The notes: generated from the letters alone by a model not told the origin. A DNA stretch of 63,781 nt, filler included, from Squatina squatina (GCA_031763465.1; 4 parts of 4 records of this genome joined end to end with filler, not necessarily neighbours in it); one strand, 5' to 3'; counted from the whole stretch's first letter, positions 36,683 to 50,147 are shown. Made by a program: numbers and translations.

Positions 36683-37176
36683 GGGGGCGAAATTCAATAC
36701 ATTTGCACCCCTGATGGGGCGCAAATGTGTTCCAGACTGGGCGTGGTGCCAGCAGCAACTCCCGCCATATTGGGCGGGAGTTTAACAGCAGTGCGACAGC
36801 TTTGCGCCCTGATTTCCTGCGCCCGGAGATCGTGATCTCATCGCTGTCCACATTGTCCCGTTAGCGCCCCGGCCCAGAAATTCACTTCTGCCCCCTGGCA
36901 GCAGCATTGGGTGAAAGCACCGACAACTGCAGGAGGTATGGACCAGATGGTCCTGGCCACAATCAGGGCAATAATTAAAGGCAAGGTGGCCGAGGTAAGT
37001 TTATTTTTTAAAAAAAAACTTACCTTGATTTTCGCGATGCTGATCCGTTTTCTTTGTGGGGTCCTGCCCGCGATCGCCCTGCCGGGCTGATTGTGCGGTT
37101 CCCACGCTCCAGGTAGGTCCTTTTTCCATTTTCAGAGTCTGCAGTGTGGGCCCTTCCCTTTAACGGAGGGAAGGCC
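36683..37176. mobile_element. GC-rich MITE/Harbinger-like terminus
   Basis: Begins GGGGGCGAAATTC, CpG-rich, with the internal AGGTAAGT/TTACCT motif seen in other copies (e.g. 21490). Confidence 0.45.
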
Positions 37177-37296
37177 NNNNNNNNNNNNNNNNNNNNNNNN
37201 NNNNNNNNNNNNNNNNNNNNNNNNNNNNNNNNNNNNNNNNNNNNNNNNNNNNNNNNNNNNNNNNNNNNNNNNNNNNCCCCATGAAATGGAATCCCT

Positions 37297-37535
37297 CTTT
37301 TCCACACCACTCATTTAGCCATGTGTTGACTTCCCTAATCAGCTAATCTCTACGCTAATTTACACGTGGCTCAGATAATAATCGAGAGTTTATAACCCTT
37401 GAGGTTCTGTTATTTAATTTAGCTCTTAGTTCCTGGTACTCCCCAAACAGGATCTCTTGCCTACTCTTCCCTATGTTGTTGGTCCCAACATGAACCACAA
37501 TGACTGGATCCTCCCCCTCCCTCTCCAATATCCAA
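37297..37535 (-). mobile_element. CR1 ORF1 esterase fragment
   Basis: ILEREGEDPVIVVHVGTNNIGK...EYQELRAKLNNRTSRVI.S.LLSEPR. Confidence 0.8.
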
Positions 37536-39249
37536 GACATCATTCTTTCAAAGCAATTTGTTCTATGAAGTTCTTTGTGAAGTCTTGATGTAATAAGGTG
37601 GTATATAGATTCAAGTCTTTTTTTACCTTAGTGTGAATACAAATATTTACCATTTGTTCATTTCATCAAGCTTTATGCAGGAAGTTGCCACTAGATGGTG
37701 CTCCTCATTACTACATTATAAAAAGTTTTAATGTTGCTTCTTCTATAGCCATAATTAGCTTTGTTTGGAATTGTGCAGGGGAAACTGTCTGATGGAAACT
37801 AATGAGCTATAATAGCTCCTCACAGTGGTACTTAGATGATTGGATTTTGCCCCTGTGATTTTGTTCCGATGCTGTGCCTAGGTAAATCATTCAGATGCTG
37901 CAGACCAGTCCAGTCTTGCATGTTTGTCATTCAGCCTATTGTGCACTCACACTGCTGAAAGGGAATGTTACAAAGCTCTCAGTGTTTCTGACTCTTATAA
38001 TTTTCGTAAGATTGATATGGACGATGATGGCCATTCGGCTCCACCCTAGAGCATCCATCCAGGAAAAATCTAATCTGCCCACCGCAGCATCAAACTGCTT
38101 CTTAAATGATTTAGAGGGACATTCAAATTTACCTTTCCACACCATTTACTATCTTTGATCTCCATAATTTTGCCCCTTAATTGCCTCTATTCAAGGATGA
38201 GGAGAACATTTCTCCAGTCTTTCCTCTTAACTCAGCCCTCTGACACAAAGGATCAGACTTGTGTCACTTCTTTGCACAGACTCCAAGGTCTGAATGTCTC
38301 CCCTCTGTCTTGGGGATCAGAAATGGATAAAATACTCAACGTATAGTCTGGCCAGAGCACACATTGTGAGGCTCGTGGTGTCATATGAACCTTTGGAGAA
38401 AAAAATGAGAAAAAACCCATTGGGCCCATCAGTATGTACCCTACCCAGCACATGGTTCAACTCCATGCCCCAACTTCCCCAAACACAAGTTATGGTAACA
38501 CCTGGGGGAGCTATACTTGATTGGTTTTTGGGATCTGTGCTCAGCAGCTTTGGGATTGGGCATGTTTTGCGAGGTGCCAAAGTGATATTCTGACAATTCA
38601 AGACTTCCTCCAGTTGAGTTCAAGGTCACAGGACGACAGTTTCCTTCCAGTTTGCACTCAATTTCTGACAAAGCAAAAATTCAGGTTATTTAGAAAGGGC
38701 TTATTATTGTAAACTTTCATTGAGTGAAACAATGTTCTGCTATCACCCGAGTAAAAGCTGAAGACACTACGGCACAAGCATTGGTAGAAAATCAGTAGAT
38801 TTAATACTGAAAAGCTATTGCGGTCTGCTGGAAAAGGAATTCTTCCCTCTGTCCAGAATGATATCAAGCCAGCTACTTCACACTGCCAGGATCAGTAACT
38901 CTTCCTAGCCATTATCCTGTGTTATTTCCTGCATCTCCTTGTGTTACGCCTGCTCCCTCATACTGGCAACCTGATCCCTGATTCTCAGGGCTTTGCATCC
39001 TCTGNNNNNNNNNNNNNNNNNNNNNNNNNNNNNNNNNNNNNNNNNNNNNNNNNNNNNNNNNNNNNNNNNNNNNNNNNNNNNNNNNNNNNNNNNNNNNNNN
39101 NNNNGTGCAGGGAAATAGCCATACCTTATTAGCAAGAAAAATAATGTTACTAGAAAAAAAACCTCAGAAAATTAGTAAAATAAATGTAAAAAGAAGACTT
39201 TTTTTTTTCTGTTGGTGGCAACCCTTTCATTTCATCGTAACCGCTGTTC

Positions 39250-39650
39250 AGCCAGGAGAGTGAGTCTAAGGGACATAAACTAGTGAAGAGTAAATTTAAA
39301 ATGGATATCAGGGAAACCTTCTCTACTGAAAGAAATATAAATAGAATAACCTATCAGGTAACTTTAGGGATGCTCAGCATGAAGTTTAAAGCTGTTGGTG
39401 AGACTTCAGGTACTGGTAGGAAGAGGCTGAATGATCTTTTCTGGCCCTTTGCCCTTGCTTATGTTCTTTTATCATAGAATTACATAAAATTTGCAGCACA
39501 GAATCAGGCCATTTGGCCCATCTGGGCTCTGCTGGTGTTTATGCTCCACACGAGTCTCCTCTTACCCCTCTTCTTATAACCCAATCAGCATAACCTTCTA
39601 TTCCTTTCTCCCTCATCTGTTTATCTAGCTTCCCCTTAAAGGCATCATAT
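39250..39650. mobile_element. Two CR1 3' ends arranged tail-to-tail
   Basis: Plus-strand copy (SKGHKLVKSKFKMDIRETFSTER...TTATGTTCTT) meets a minus-strand copy (AFKGKLDKQMREKGIEGY) at about 39475. Confidence 0.65.
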
Positions 39651-41592
39651 TTTATGCACTGAGATGGCTTTTCAGAGAGGCAGCATCCCCGTTTCTGTGA
39701 CAATTCCCATAGTTTACAGAAACATGGCTGAAGTATGAATAGGAGACTGACTTGCAACTAATACTGAAGACTGTCAAATTACTTAATACATCAGAATCTT
39801 GTTGCATTGAGGTGGTTGGCAGATCACTTTTCAGAAGGGGAAAGAGAGAAATTAGATTAAAAATAAAAGGTGCAGAATCGGAGATACTGAGCAGAGACGA
39901 GAACAATGGCAAAGAGATAGAAACAGTAAGTTGTAAATATTATAGGGTAACCTTGGATTGAAGGCTCTGTTATATAAACAGGAGTGAGAACAAACCACAA
40001 AATAGCATGGAAACTGTTTCATTGTTTCCACATTTTTTCTTAGAGTGTTGGTGCGAGTTTGTATACAGGAAATATACAGGAAAATTAGTCAGTGCAAGGA
40101 ACAAAAAGAAAGGGAAACAGTGTTGTTCAGGAAAAGCCTTGTGTTGATGTTGGAACACTCACCACTACGTTGATTTAAACACCGCTTGAGGTTTTCCCAT
40201 CCTCTGATTGAATGATACAAGACTGTCCCAGATAGGGACATGAGTCTGTAATGTTAACACAACCAGTGAGATTTATGCCGCTTCTTTCTTCATTGGAGAG
40301 AACAACTTATGCTATCCAGGCCGGTGTCACCAGCAGTACCAATCTCCGATCTGCCTGTAGGGAACATACTTATACCAGAGTGAGGAACAGAACCAAAGCA
40401 GCATTGCACGTTAACTGTGAATTGGCTGCCAGTCTTGAAGTTTTAGGAGCTAGCCTACTGATTGCGAGACCCATATTTTCACTGTCCAAAATGAACAAAA
40501 TGCCATTAAACAACTAAAGATTCTCGCACAGAGGCACACTTGAAGTTTTTCCTCCTTATGGTGTAACCTTTCTCTGTGCCTCCTCTCTTGGAATCACAGT
40601 GCCCTGCTTCAACCCTGTCAAGTGAGTCCTGCTTTAAAACCAAAGGTTTTGGCCAAGTTTCAAACCAGACAGAGGGCAGGGTAGGGCTGAGTAGGGTGCG
40701 GAACCTTGGCTTGCTGTGAGGATTTGTGAAGATAGAAATACTCCAAGAGCCTTAATAACANNNNNNNNNNNNNNNNNNNNNNNNNNNNNNNNNNNNNNNN
40801 NNNNNNNNNNNNNNNNNNNNNNNNNNNNNNNNNNNNNNNNNNNNNNNNNNNNNNNNNNNNTGCTTTTTGAGTAAGTGGAAAAAGATGGTCCCATATCCGC
40901 GAGATGCAGTGGCTCTTGGGGGCCAGTGATAGATCTGTTGATTTATCACTTGTTTGCGTTTGCTGCATTTTCCACATATAGAATATGGCAATTATTGATA
41001 CTTTTGGTGATACTTTTTCTGGGTTCAGTTGAATTCTTAGTGTAAATAAATCAATTAACGATGTTGCCAGGACAGGAATGAGCCAATTGACCTTTCAAAA
41101 GAGTCAATGGCTGAATGACAAGTAGTTGCAGTGAGCAGTGTGACATCTGGGTTATTTCATGCTGTCAGTTGTATTTTGAGCATTTCTGCACTCCCTCATG
41201 CTCTTACACTCCGTTATAACATGCATGTGTTTATTATTGTTTGAAGGAGTCTAATCAATGTTATGGGAGCAAATAAAAATGTAAAACAGAGGAGAAAATA
41301 AACAAGGCATTCTTCCTAGATCATAATGAAACCTTTCGTGCATTTGAGCTTTTGTTTGCATATGAGAATGATCTAAAGTAGCAGTCGGAACAGTAAAGCT
41401 GAAACTATTTTGCTCCACAGCTCAGTGGGCTGAAAGACCATTTCTTTAAAAAAACTCTCAGCTGAGGGCCCAGCTTCCTCTTGCCTGTATCTCTCTGTCT
41501 GTTGCTGCCTTGCCCAATCACCCTCATTGTTTCTTTCTCTGTTCCTTCTTTCTCTCTGTTTTAGTCCCCCTTTAGTTGCCTTGCTCTGCTCT

Positions 41593-41710
41593 GCCTTTCA
41601 TGACCTCGGGATGACCGCAAAGTGCTTTACAGCCAATGAAGTACTTCTTTTTGAAGGCAGGCGCTGTTGTAATGTAGGGAAATGCAGCAGCCAATTTGTG
41701 CACAGCAATT
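41593..41710 (-). mobile_element. DeuSINE 3' fragment
   Basis: GCCTTTCATGACCTCGGGATG...AAAGTGCTTTACAGCCAATGAAGTACTT...GCAGCCAATTTGTGCACAGCAA. Confidence 0.75.
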
Positions 41711-43387
41711 AGATGGAGATAACAGAAAGAAGTGACCAGAACCTGGTAACAGACGAGCAAGAAACCTACTGGTCTCCAAGATAAGTGTGCTCACATTTTG
41801 CTTAATTTTACAATGTTGCATTACTTTTCAACAGTACTTCAGTGTGAACTTGGTTGAGCATCACAGAAGGAAAGTACGTAGCTCCCTGCCAACTATTATC
41901 CAAATACAGAACATGCCCATGCTTTGGCAGTGAACTCCGTGTAACCACCATGTCAATGCCTTTTAACCTGCGACCCATAAACTGTGGCAAGAAAGAAACA
42001 AGCTGGCAGACAGTGCAAGGTCACTGCATACTACGTGGTCACAGACTTAGTTACTTACTCACATGCNNNNNNNNNNNNNNNNNNNNNNNNNNNNNNNNNN
42101 NNNNNNNNNNNNNNNNNNNNNNNNNNNNNNNNNNNNNNNNNNNNNNNNNNNNNNNNNNNNNNNNNNTGTTTTATTCTTAACTATCCCGAATACTATCACT
42201 AAGAGGTGCAAAGGCTGAGGTTGATTTGAGAGATAGACAGGCTCAAAGCCATGTCGATCTGTTTGACAAGCCTGAATTTGGACAGGTTATGAGCAGGGTG
42301 ATGGGGCCTCCTCATTATGTGGATGATTATAGAAACTAGGTCATTGTCAAATTTGTTTGCTCCATGGTGTCAGCTGTGACAGGCAGGCTGTGAAAGTGTC
42401 AAGTATGTACCAACTCCAAAAATATAATCATTGTATAACGTTATCTGTATCGAATTGTATTTATAAAAGTTATCAAATTTTACATTTAAATTAGTTTGAA
42501 AGCTACTTGGCCCAATACTCAAAGGAACTTAAAACATGTTGGTAAAACCCAATCCCACTCACCCTTTGAATGTTGAATAACTTGGGCAGATTCAGTTACA
42601 ATTGAGTTTTCTATTATATATCATCTGGCAACCAAAGGCTGTAATAGAATTATAAAGCAGTAATTGTGGAATTTGCATGAGACAGAGGCTCGCTATCGGC
42701 ATCTGCACCATGAGATTGGATTACTGGTTTGAATTCCCTGGCAGGTCTCTATTGTCTTTTAAATACATTGGAGAAGTGGATTTTCATTTAAAGTTGCTTT
42801 ACTTGCCAATGTAGTGGGCCTTTTCTTCTGAGGTAGAAAAGATATAATTAGATCATGTGACAGGCCCCGCGGTATTGCTGGCCTTCTTCTCTTCGGCTTA
42901 CCTGAATATTCTCTAACTCTTGTAATATTTAAGTTTTCACTATGTGTTCTGAACCAAGTGGCAGGAATGGAAGGAAACGTGATGTTTTATGTCGCATCCA
43001 ATCCATCCACTTACAAAGTGCGGCATGCCCGCTTGTAGTAAACTACATCCAGCCAGCAGGTAGCAATTGAGTGGGCTTCGGACACTCGAATGGATCCAGC
43101 TGGGTAAATCACTTCCTGCTGGCAGCAATGACTAGTGGGACAAGCACCGTTTGATTCATTTAGCACTACTGTCAGAAAATTCTTCGTCATGTAGAATAAT
43201 AGTGGTGTGGCACTTTGTACCCGAAGATGATGGTGCCAAGGAAGAAGAGAGCATAACATGGGTGCATTGATGACTATGCAGGCAAATNNNNNNNNNNNNN
43301 NNNNNNNNNNNNNNNNNNNNNNNNNNNNNNNNNNNNNNNNNNNNNNNNNNNNNNNNNNNNNNNNNNNNNNNNNNNNNNNNNNNNNNN

Positions 43388-44415
43388 TAGTAATCTTATA
43401 GTAAAGGATCTTCTGGGAAGAGTGATCATAATATGATAGAATTTCATATTCAGTTTAAGACCGAAACAAATATCTTAATTTTAAACAAAGTAGGTATGAG
43501 TTGGCTACGGTAGATTGGGAAATTAGATTTAAAAACATGACAGTAGATAAACAATGGCGAACATTTAAGAAATAATTCATAATTGTCAACGACATACGTT
43601 CCCTTGAGGAATAAAAACTCCACGGGAAAAGTGATCAAATCAAGGCTAACTAGGGAAGTTAAAGATAGTATTAGATTAAAAGAAGAAGCTTACAATGTTC
43701 CCAAAAAGAGTAGTAAACCTGAGGATTGGGGGTATTTCAGAAATCAGCAATGGATGATCAAGAAATTGACAAGGAGAAAATAGAATATGAGATTTAACTA
43801 GCAAGAAATATAAAAGTAGTTTGTAAGAGCTTTTACTCATTAAAAAGAAGTAAAGTAAACATGGGGTCCTTATTGGCAGAGACACAAGAAATTACAGTGG
43901 GGAATAAGAAAATGGCAGAGACGTTAAACAAATATTTTGTATCTGCCTTCACGGTAGAAGACACAAAAACAATAATGGGGAATCAAGGGTCCAATGGGGA
44001 ACTTAAGTAATTAACATTAGTTTTTTTTTAAGTACTGGAGAAATGAATGGGACCAAAAGCCAACAAATCCCCTGGACCCGCTGGCCTACATCCTAGGGTT
44101 TGAAAAGAGGTGGCTGCAGAGATAGTGGATGCATTGGTTTTGCTTTTCCAGAATTCCTTAGATTTTGGAATGGTCCCCGTGGATTGGAAGGTAGAAAATG
44201 TAACTTTAATGTTCAAGAAAGGTGGGAGAGAGAAAATGGGGAACCACAGACCATTAGTGGTCGGATAAATGCTAGAATCTATTGTTAAGGATGTGGTAAC
44301 AGGGCACTTAGAAAATCACAATATGATTAGCAGAGTCAAAACGGTTTAATGAAAAGGAAATCATGCTTGACAATTCTATTAGAGTTTTTTGAGGGTGTAA
44401 TTAACAGGGTAGATA
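43388..44415 (+). mobile_element. CR1 ORF2 fragment (EN-RT linker to RT start)
   Basis: SDHNMIEF...YVPLRNK...MAETLNKYFVSAFTVED...KSPGPAGLHPRVLKEVA...VPVDWKV.NVT..FKKG...GKSCLT. Confidence 0.9.
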
Positions 44416-46274
44416 ATTCAGAGTGACAAATTATTCAAAAATCACAGTAATATAGTGAAGATGAGGATGTTAATTAACATCCTTTAGAACCGATTTGAAA
44501 AGGCACAGTTGTGAGTTATTTCTCTAATCCTGATATTGCTGAATTGCACACACTGTTTAGCTTCAGTTCCAGTGATACACATTCCAAATGAGCATAGAGC
44601 ACAAACAGAACAATTGAGTGTTTTCGCAGTTGCCACTGCGTGTTTCTGATGTGCGGTCAATGATTTAAAAACATATTTTCCTTCAAAATCTCTGCACCAG
44701 ATTGCCTGACATAAAGCAGGAATTGGGTGGTTTTCTTTGGTGGCTCACTGCCGTGCTTCATTTCTCACTTGCTACCGCACAGATATAAAAGAGTCAGGCT
44801 TCTGAAGCACAGCGCTTGCCAAGGCTGTAAACCACAGGACAAACATTCGCAACAGCTTAGAACTGTGGCCAAGGAATGCAACCACCACCTCGTACAACAC
44901 AGAGGATCTGCTTCTAAAGAAAAAACTTGTCAATTTTGTACAAACAGACCGTTTGAACAGTCAGGCAGGGACAGACCATTAATTGGCTCTCACATCGAGG
45001 GTGATAGCCTGGTCTCTGGTCACCCACCCACATTGTTTCGCCTGCTCATGTATCTCATTACTTTGTGGGCTTGATGGTCTGCTTTTATGTGGACAAATAG
45101 TTCCAGATTTGCCAGTTAATCAAAACAGGTTGATTAACATGACAGTCTGTTATCGGAATACAAACAAAAAATGCTGGAAAAACTCAGCAGGTCANNNNNN
45201 NNNNNNNNNNNNNNNNNNNNNNNNNNNNNNNNNNNNNNNNNNNNNNNNNNNNNNNNNNNNNNNNNNNNNNNNNNNNNNNNNNNNNNNNNNNNNNGAAAGC
45301 AGGGACAGGGTACTGAAGTTGGAAGATCAGCCATGATCTCATTGAATGGCGGAGCAGGCTCGAAGGGCTGAGGCCTACTCCTGCTCCCATCTTCTATTTT
45401 TCTATATACCGAAGTGCACCCATTGGCAGCATTATTCAACTAACCTCAGAAAGAATGGTATGTATAATGGAGAACAACATGGTCAAATTATAAATAAAGA
45501 TTGAAGTTAAGGCCGAGGTGTGTTTTTGGAGGAAAATGGCAGGTTATTTAGTCATTTTTTTTGTATTGTCTTTGGTCCCCATCACAAATTCTGTATACAG
45601 CAAATCTAGAGATGGACCTTAAAACATAAAAATCCAAAGGATTCGGCAGAGACTAGGACCTTCATAAGCTAATTCATCGGGGCAGGATTGTAGGAGAGGG
45701 GGTCACTGCAAGGTCGTCATAAGAACACTTCAGAGCAGTTACTGCCATTTCCCAGGACCCACCAGCACCTTATGGAGGCCCTTGGAAGTGGCAATAACAC
45801 AAGCAGAAAGACAAAGATCCCCAGTGGCCAGGGCCCTAGCTGGCTGGCAGGTAAGGAGTAGGCAACGACGGTCCCAGCAGGAACTGGGAAAGGGAAATCC
45901 TGGATGTGGCAATTAGGTGGCAACTGTGATCTTTATTCATCTTCTGGGGATTGTATTTAATGATTCCATCCATTTTTCTAAGATTTCTTCTGAAACTATT
46001 TGTACACAAGTCACAATACTTTACTGTGCTTAGTATAATTTGCTTAAAATGTTATATTAGTGACACATTAATAATTATCCCTGTACTGACAAAACTAAAC
46101 AAATGTTAGAAATTTAGGAGCCAAAAATCCAGTGTAAGTGCTGGGACGTGCCTGCCCAGAGCCTCTGGCAAAAACTCCATCAAAGCTCACAGGTCGAGGA
46201 GAGGTCCCTTAATGAAATAACATGGTTGGAGCCTTGTCCAGGAGGAGTACTGGGCCCTCTCCTTCCAGGCCCTA

Positions 46275-47770
46275 CTGACTTTTGTAATGAGTAATAAGCA
46301 AGGCTTAGTTAATAAATTAACAGAAAGGGAACATATATCTAACAGTGAACATTATATGATCAAATTCAGTTAGGTTTGAAAAGGAGAAACGTAACACAGT
46401 AATGGAAATTCTAGATTTTGGTATGACGAATTTTAATAAGATGAGACAGACACCGACAACAGCAAACTGGTCAAAACTGTTATCGGCTAAAAATATAGAT
46501 GAACAGTGGGAGGTGTTAAGAAAAGATTTTAGCTTAATACATGACAACATATACCCCTGAAAAGCAAGAACTTTACCAAATAAAACAGCCATGATCAAGA
46601 GGTGAGAGCTAACCTAACCTTAAGGAAAGAGCATACAAAAGTGCAAAGAATAGTGTAGATCCAGGGGACTGGGAGAGATATAAAGAACAGCATGGGATGA
46701 CAAAAAGATAGTAAGAGCTGCAAAAAGGGAATATGAAAAGAAACTTGCGAGGAATATGAAGGTAACATAAAAGGTTTTTACAATTATATTTGAAGAAAAA
46801 GGATCGTCAAACGTAATGTGGGCCCTTTGAAACAGATGCAGGTAGTATTGCAAAAGAAAATAAGGAAATGGCAGACTTGTTGAATAATTACTTTGTGTCA
46901 AGTTATTGGAATCTTTCATTAAAGATAACATGAATGAGCACTTAGAGAAATTCGAGCTGATTCGAGAGAGCCAACATGGATTTGTAAAGGGTAGGTCATG
47001 TCTAACAAACCTAATTGATTATTTGAGGCAGTGACTAAAGTAGTAGACAGGGGAATGTCTATGGATGTAATTTATATGGACTTCCAGAAGGCATTCAATA
47101 AGGTTTCATGAAGAAACTGCTAGCTAAAATGAAATCTCATGGAATTGTTGTCAAATTATTGACCAGTTTAGGGGATTGATTAGGCGGTAGAAGACAGAGA
47201 GTAGGGATGATGGCTATCTACTCGAATTGGAAGGAAGTGACTATTGGTGTCCCACAAGGATCTGTGCAGTGGCCTCAACTATTCACTATATTTATTAATG
47301 TCTTAGATAATGCAATAGAGAGCCCGATATCCAAGTTTGCTGATGGAATGGTGACAAGCTAGGAATAGTGGAGGTCTAAAGACATTTAAGGGGTCCATGT
47401 ACATAGATCACAAAAATGCCCAGGTACAAAAAAAATCAAAAAGGTGAATGGAATGTTAGCTAGAGTGCCAGAATATAAAGGGGAGGAAGTTTTGCTACAG
47501 CTGTGCAAACCCCTCAATAGGTCTCATCTGGAATATTGTGTACAGTTCTGGGCATCGCACCTTAGAAAGGATATATTGGCCTTAGAAGGAGTGCAGTGCA
47601 GATTCACCAGAGTGTTACCAGGACTCCAAGTGTTAGATTATGAGGAAAGATTACATAAACTATGCTTGCGTTCCCTGGAATAGAGATGATTTTTAGGATT
47701 TTGAGAAGAATTGTTAGGGTAGATAGAGAGAAACTTTTTTGCTAGTTGGAGAGTCTAGGACAAGGGGACA
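46275..47770 (+). mobile_element. CR1 ORF2 (RT) large decayed fragment
   Basis: SQHGFVKGRSCLTNL, DVIYMDFQKAF, GVPQGSV, ISKFAD, LEYCVQFWASHLRKDILALEGVQCRFTR. Multiple indels. Confidence 0.92.
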
Positions 47771-47871
47771 NNNNNNNNNNNNNNNNNNNNNNNNNNNNNN
47801 NNNNNNNNNNNNNNNNNNNNNNNNNNNNNNNNNNNNNNNNNNNNNNNNNNNNNNNNNNNNNNNNNNNNNNC

Positions 47872-48055
47872 AATGTGGTAAATGGGAAACATGACACTGG
47901 TGCAGTGTCGGATACTCCCCTGAGATTCAGGGGTAAGGCACTTTGTTGGCAGCATAGAGGGAGCTTTTACTCTGCAGCTATCCGTACTCTGCCTGACCTC
48001 GGAGTGCTTCACGCCAACAACGGGTGCCCAAATGGGGGAGTGTTCCATCCCCACG
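47872..48055 (+). mobile_element. SINE fragment resembling the LF-SINE 3' region
   Basis: CCCCTGAGATTCAGGGGTAAGGCACTTTGTTGGCAGCATAGAGGGAGCTTTTACTCTGCAGCTATCCGTACTCTGCCTG resembles the recalled LF-SINE segment CAGGGTTGAGGCACATTGG...GAAGCTTGCACTGCCGCTGCCCGTGCTGTACCTG. Confidence 0.4.
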
Positions 48056-48574
48056 TCCATTGATTTGAGGCCACTTGCTAGACTTGTGCTGACATTGGTT
48101 CGGTTGCTAGGTTCAACAGGGCCGCACTAGAAGCAAGCAGCGAGATCACATTTGTAATTACAGCCAGCCAGGTGACTTCCATTACACACCCACCAAAAAT
48201 GTCTTCGAGTTGGGCCATTTTGTTAAGGATGAGTGAGGTCACTTATTTGGATTTTTCAAGGCCGCTATTCATCTAATGCCAATGACTGGCCCCAGATGGC
48301 TGAAAGATGATATACATTAGGTAATCCTTACTGTGTGGAAATTGTTGCCGACATTAGTTGTCACAGTGAGCCTCTTCACATGCTAAAAACAAGGAACCAA
48401 TTGCAGTTCTCACATCTGCAATTAAGAAAAGTGACTCATTTATTGGTAGCACCTGCCTACTTCACCGTTGTGATATTTTGAACATTGACTTAAAACTATT
48501 ACGGTATGTGTCGTACCTCCAAGAAGCCCCTCGCTCCCCCTCCACAGCCCCATGTCTGCGAGGCATTTCAGATC

Positions 48575-48850
48575 CTCAGGACATCCCCAAATCCTCCTAA
48601 GCACATAAGTACTTTGGAAATGTAATCGCTCTTGTTATAATAGGTAAACATGGCAGCCAATTTTCACACAGCAAGATCCCACAAACAGCAACGAGATAAG
48701 TGAGCAGATAATCTCACTTGGTGGTGTTGGTTGAGGGCCAGCACACCAGGGGAACGCCCCTGTTCTTTGATTAGTGCCATGGGATCTTTTACGTCCACCT
48801 GAAAGGGCGGGCAGGGCCTCAGTTTAACATTTGATCTGAAAGAGATCATT
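48575..48850 (-). mobile_element. DeuSINE fragment
   Basis: AGTGCCATGGGATCTTTTACGTCCACCTGA...GGGCCTCAGTTTAACAT is the Deu core in reverse. Confidence 0.8.
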
Positions 48851-49179
48851 CTCACAGTAATTGATGTAAGATGGTCACTGGTGAATCCAGTGGGGAATTT
48901 AGGAGGGACTTTGTTGCCCAGAGAGTGGTGAAAATGTGGAAGAAGGGAGTGAAAGGATATGCTNNNNNNNNNNNNNNNNNNNNNNNNNNNNNNNNNNNNN
49001 NNNNNNNNNNNNNNNNNNNNNNNNNNNNNNNNNNNNNNNNNNNNNNNNNNNNNNNNNNNNNNNCCTCAGCTTCAAATATTTCGCTACTCCTAGCAACATG
49101 CAAGGCCTTAAAGGGTAGGGGGCGATGGAGAAAGAATCTGACTGGAAGAGGGGAAATAAACTCAAGTAAGGCTTAGAGT

Positions 49180-49410
49180 CTTAGAATCATAGAATGGTAG
49201 AGCACAGAAAGAGGCAAGTTAGCCCATTGCCTGTGTCGGCTCTGTGAAAGAGCTCTCCAATTAGTCCCACGCCCCTGCCCTTTCTCCACAGCCCTGCAAA
49301 TCTTTCTCCTTCAAATATTTATCCAACTCCTTTTTGAAAGTTACTACTAAATCTGTTTCCTCTGCCCGTTCAGGCAGCGCATCCCAGATCATAACAACTC
49401 GATGGCTTTT
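49180..49410 (-). mobile_element. CR1 3' end
   Basis: RVVMIWDALPERAEETDLVVTFKKELDKYLKEKDLQGCGERAG. Confidence 0.8.
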
Positions 49411-49501
49411 CCAAACCTTTCCTGAAGATCTTTGAGCCCAGAAGTTCCTGTTGCATGTTGAATATTCCCACATGGTTAATTTTGTTTTTTGGATGTTCCA
49501 G

Positions 49502-49867
49502 CCAAATCTGAAGGGAGGCCTTGTGAGTTTGGTGGGAGTATCTACCAGAACGGAGAGAACTTTCAACCCAACTGCAAGCACCAGTGTACCTGTATTGATG
49601 GAGTAGTGGGCTGTATGCCGCTCTGTCCCCAGGAGTTCTCTCTACCAACCATGGACTGCCCCAAGCCTCGGCTGGTTAAAGTACCGGGTCAGTGCTGCGA
49701 GGAATGGGCCTGTGACACCAACCATATTGGCGAAGACTCTGGAGATAGCACCGAGGAAGCAGACGACTCAATGAGTTACGAAGAGATTGGAGACCAGCCG
49801 GATGCAGAACCGCTATCCAGCAATGAGCTGACTGACCTCGTCAGAGGAGGCCTAAAGATAGAACCAG
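49502..49867 (+). CDS. CCN1: CCN1/CYR61-like exon 3 (VWC domain plus hinge)
   Basis: ttccAG acceptor, CCAG|GTAGG donor, 366 bp. [72 protein letters not shown]. It may be the ccn1-like paralog rather than the CCN1 ortholog. Confidence 0.85.
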
Positions 49868-49959
49868 GTAGGACAGCAGTCACTCACTCAGAAGTTGGTT
49901 AATTCCTTCCGACTGCCTCTTTAACAGAGGAATCTGCGGCTCCGAGTCAGCTTCATTTA

Positions 49960-50147
49960 TTGGTCAGTGTGGGGCTGGGCCATACACACCAGGAAAGACC
50001 CAGGTTCGATCTTTGGGCCTGTGCTGTGCTGGCTGGTCTCACCTGGGGAAAGTGTCTGATGCTACAATGGACCTAACTGCCCCTGGGGAGGTAAAACAAC
50101 CAGCCAGAGTTCCCTCTGATGATCACTATCCAGTGACCTTTGCTAGA
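49960..50147 (+). mobile_element. tRNA-derived SINE fragment (second copy near 51020-51110)
   Basis: CCAGGAAAGACCCAGGTTCGATC (B-box-like). CCAGGAAGGTCCCAGGTCCAAACC recurs at about 51064. Confidence 0.5.

Noticed and set aside
40290-40354. Possible minus-strand terminal exon ending CSLQ* (CaaX-like)
   Set aside because: Weak acceptor, only 20 codons, no recognisable homolog or upstream exon; consistent with chance.
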